A stretch of DNA of 63,990 nt, the filler included, from Caldilineae bacterium (lineage in GTDB: Bacteria; Chloroflexota; Anaerolineae; DTLA01): NCBI GenBank assembly GCA_037446815.1. It is 11 parts of 11 records of this genome, joined end to end, with 100 filler letters (N's around TTAATTAATTAA, not from the genome) between each part and the next. Parts side by side here need not be neighbours in the genome. Positions count along the whole stretch, not along the records: positions 60,117 to 63,990 come from JBBIHX010000218.1; 10 more parts are not named here. One strand, written 5' to 3'. Within the stretch, counting starts at the first letter, position 1. Every line of letters begins with the position of its first letter. Shown piece by piece: positions 62,081 through 63,990 of the stretch. The notes beneath the pieces are model-generated. The model ran no database searches. It was not told the DNA's origin and saw only the letters and a program-made list of their open reading frames with translations. The translations under genes were made by a program, and so were the position numbers.

Positions 62081-62790
62081 CGCTCGCTCCGTTGTTGGCG
62101 ATTGCCCGTGAGGCGCGGCCGGGCAAGTCGCGCAGCAGGATGTCGCACCACGGTCTCCAAGTAGGGATACGTGTTGATGACGCGGGTACTGTGAAACAGC
62201 GTCTCGGTTACCGCGTCCCGGCGATACACGTGGCTGTGGCCGTGAAAGTGCACGGCGGGGCGAAAGGCCCGAACGAACCAACGGAACGCCTTGATGCCGC
62301 GGTGTGCGGGGTCCGTCGCGTCGTGAATGCCCCACGGCGGCGCGTGGGTTACGAAAACGTCCAGGTAGCGCCCGTACAGGACGCGATTGCGAAGAAGCGC
62401 GGGCACAAGCGCGAGGACGTGTCCCCACATCTCCACCTGGGTGTACTGGATGGGCCCCCGATTGTAGCGCACGCTTCCCTCCACCCCCGCCAGCAACAGG
62501 CCCCGATGATTGACAACCCTGCGATGGAGATTCACGCCGCCATGCTCCACGGGACGCTCGCCGCTCTCCGAATACTCCACGATGCCGGTGTGGTTGCCGC
62601 GCACGAAGAACAGGGGCTTGTTGAGCACGCTCACCACGTATTCCAAGTACTGGCGCGGCAAATCGCCACACCCGATGACGAGGTCCACATCCCCGAAACG
62701 GTCGCGCACGGCAGGGCTATAGATAAACTTCACCACCTCGTCGCTGAGGGTGAGAATCCGAAGGGTGCGCTGTTGTTCCTCGGTGCCCAT
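62077..62790 (-). CDS. Icc-like metallophosphoesterase
   Basis: LSD, GCGDL, VRGNH, VTHAPP, HGHSH; stop overlaps the next ATG. Confidence 0.88.
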   Translation of the reverse strand: MGTEEQQRTLRILTLSDEVVKFIYSPAVRDRFGDVDLVIGCGDLPRQYLEYVVSVLNKPLFFVRGNHTGIVEYSESGERPVEHGGVNLHRRVVNHRGLLLAGVEGSVRYNRGPIQYTQVEMWGHVLALVPALLRNRVLYGRYLDVFVTHAPPWGIHDATDPAHRGIKAFRWFVRAFRPAVHFHGHSHVYRRDAVTETLFHSTRVINTYPYLETVVRHPAARLARPRLTGNRQQRSER

Positions 62791-62797
62791 CACGCGC

Positions 62798-63883
62798 TCA
62801 CCGCCATTCGTGCACCACCAGGTCGCCGATGACCAGCCTGACCGCATCCACCCAAAGCCAGATGCGCTGCTCCTTCAGGAAGTCGGCGTCGGTCAATCGG
62901 GCATCCTCATCCCAGTTGGACAGAAGCAGGCTTTCCGCCCTGTCCAGGCGGAAGTACATCTCCAGTTTCCAGCCCTTCTCCTTGGCGCGATCGGCCCAAA
63001 TGCGCGCTGTTTCAGGCTCCACACGCACCCAGGCCGTCCACTGGGGCGCCTTCAAGCAGGGGTGGGGCTTGGGGTTGGGCTTGGACTTGGCCCGCACCTC
63101 TCGCAGCCGCTTCAGGATGTCCAGGCGAGACGCCGCTTGGCTCCCAGGATCGGGCCAGGGGCCTGCGGTGATGCCCGAGGGCATCTGCGCGATGACGAGA
63201 AAGGGCACGCACGTCTTCGCGTCGGCGCGGACGTCTCCTTCCACGGCGAGCGTGAACGTGAACACCTGGGTCTCTCTGTTGTATGTCGGGAACGCCTCCC
63301 CCGCGCGTGTCCATTCGGCGTAGTACTGCCGACTTTGGATGGCCGCGACGTACTGGGAGAAATCGGCCTGCCATTTCTCGGCGCTGGCGGCCAGCCGCTC
63401 CCCGCATGGGCCTGGCGGGTCAACAGGTCCGCACTGGGTGGATGGCAACGCGGGCCTCTGCGCCATCCAGTCGTACAGCACCGCTGCGAAGCCAAGGTCG
63501 GGGGCCTTGGCCTTGGCCATGAGCGCGGCGGGTGGCCGTATCCCGATGTACCCCGCCGCCACCGCCAGGAGGAAGGCCATCAGCAGCGAGAGGATCAGAA
63601 TGCCCACCTGGACGTAGTCTTCCTGCGCGGCGAACCAGGCGGAGTAGCGTCGCACGACCGGAAGCGCGAGCACGGTCTCGGCGGGTGGGCGGCGTGCCCA
63701 CATGGCGCCCGCAACCCTCCGCGCCCGCTGCCAGGCGTCGCCGAGCACCATCCACAACGGCCGGATCGCGTCTGTCAGACCCGCGCCAGATCTAGTAACC
63801 GCACTTGCTATTCGGACAACCGCCCCGAACAGGCCCCGCCTGACCGGTCGTCTCACCTCGCGCCCTCCAGGCAACCCATGCAC
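62798..63883 (-). CDS. hypothetical single-TM protein (start uncertain)
   Basis: Long ORF with host codon bias, one TM segment (VGILILSLLMAFLLAVAAG), stop 7 nt before the next gene. Confidence 0.6.
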   Translation of the reverse strand: MHGLPGGREVRRPVRRGLFGAVVRIASAVTRSGAGLTDAIRPLWMVLGDAWQRARRVAGAMWARRPPAETVLALPVVRRYSAWFAAQEDYVQVGILILSLLMAFLLAVAAGYIGIRPPAALMAKAKAPDLGFAAVLYDWMAQRPALPSTQCGPVDPPGPCGERLAASAEKWQADFSQYVAAIQSRQYYAEWTRAGEAFPTYNRETQVFTFTLAVEGDVRADAKTCVPFLVIAQMPSGITAGPWPDPGSQAASRLDILKRLREVRAKSKPNPKPHPCLKAPQWTAWVRVEPETARIWADRAKEKGWKLEMYFRLDRAESLLLSNWDEDARLTDADFLKEQRIWLWVDAVRLVIGDLVVHEWR

Positions 63884-63936
63884 CCAAACCCACGGGAGTA
63901 TCGTAGCACAGGCGCGCTCCGTTTGTCAATGCGGAT

Positions 63937-63990
63937 GGCCGGGGTGAGGGCCGCGCTCCCTCGCCCACCGGGAGAGGGCCGGGGTGAGGG
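63937..63990. repeat. CCCTCACCCC-family palindromic repeat (reverse orientation)
   Basis: GGCCGGGGTGAGGG twice around CCCTCGCCC...GGGAGAGGG. Confidence 0.7.

Overview
This window is not one locus. It is 11 short contigs joined by artificial 100-nt linkers (N44-TTAATTAATTAA-N44); the nine internal contigs fall steadily from 6034 to 5766 nt, so they are size-sorted and adjacency across a linker means nothing. The source is a high-GC bacterium, probably anaerobic Chloroflexota (inferred from a C-terminal LYLPL motif, Thr/Pro-linker surface proteins, a four-subunit PorCDAB and tRNAs without encoded CCA). Most genes are housekeeping or metabolic: xpt-guaA-sbcD, mnmG, miaB, uvrA, rpsO-pnp-lepB, pcm, coaX, pdp, porCDAB, upp, tRNA-Leu and tRNA-Asn. 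The rest are secreted hydrolases and transporters. Six observations stand out. (1) An intact prohead-protease/major-capsid fusion gene (6307-8166) has no other phage gene on its contig and carries an internal in-frame RBS and ATG. (2) A MITE-like family has about 12-bp terminal inverted repeats, 8-bp target duplications and interchangeable palindromic cargo. (3) Copies of this family repeatedly end 14-18 nt upstream of sigma70-type -35 boxes. (4) One copy has split a REP-associated tyrosine transposase pseudogene. (5) Three 45-nt repeat-derived units sit in frame inside miaB. (6) Synonymous codon choice appears to avoid TCGA, AGCT and GTSAC. All family assignments are by motif recognition by eye; no database search was run.
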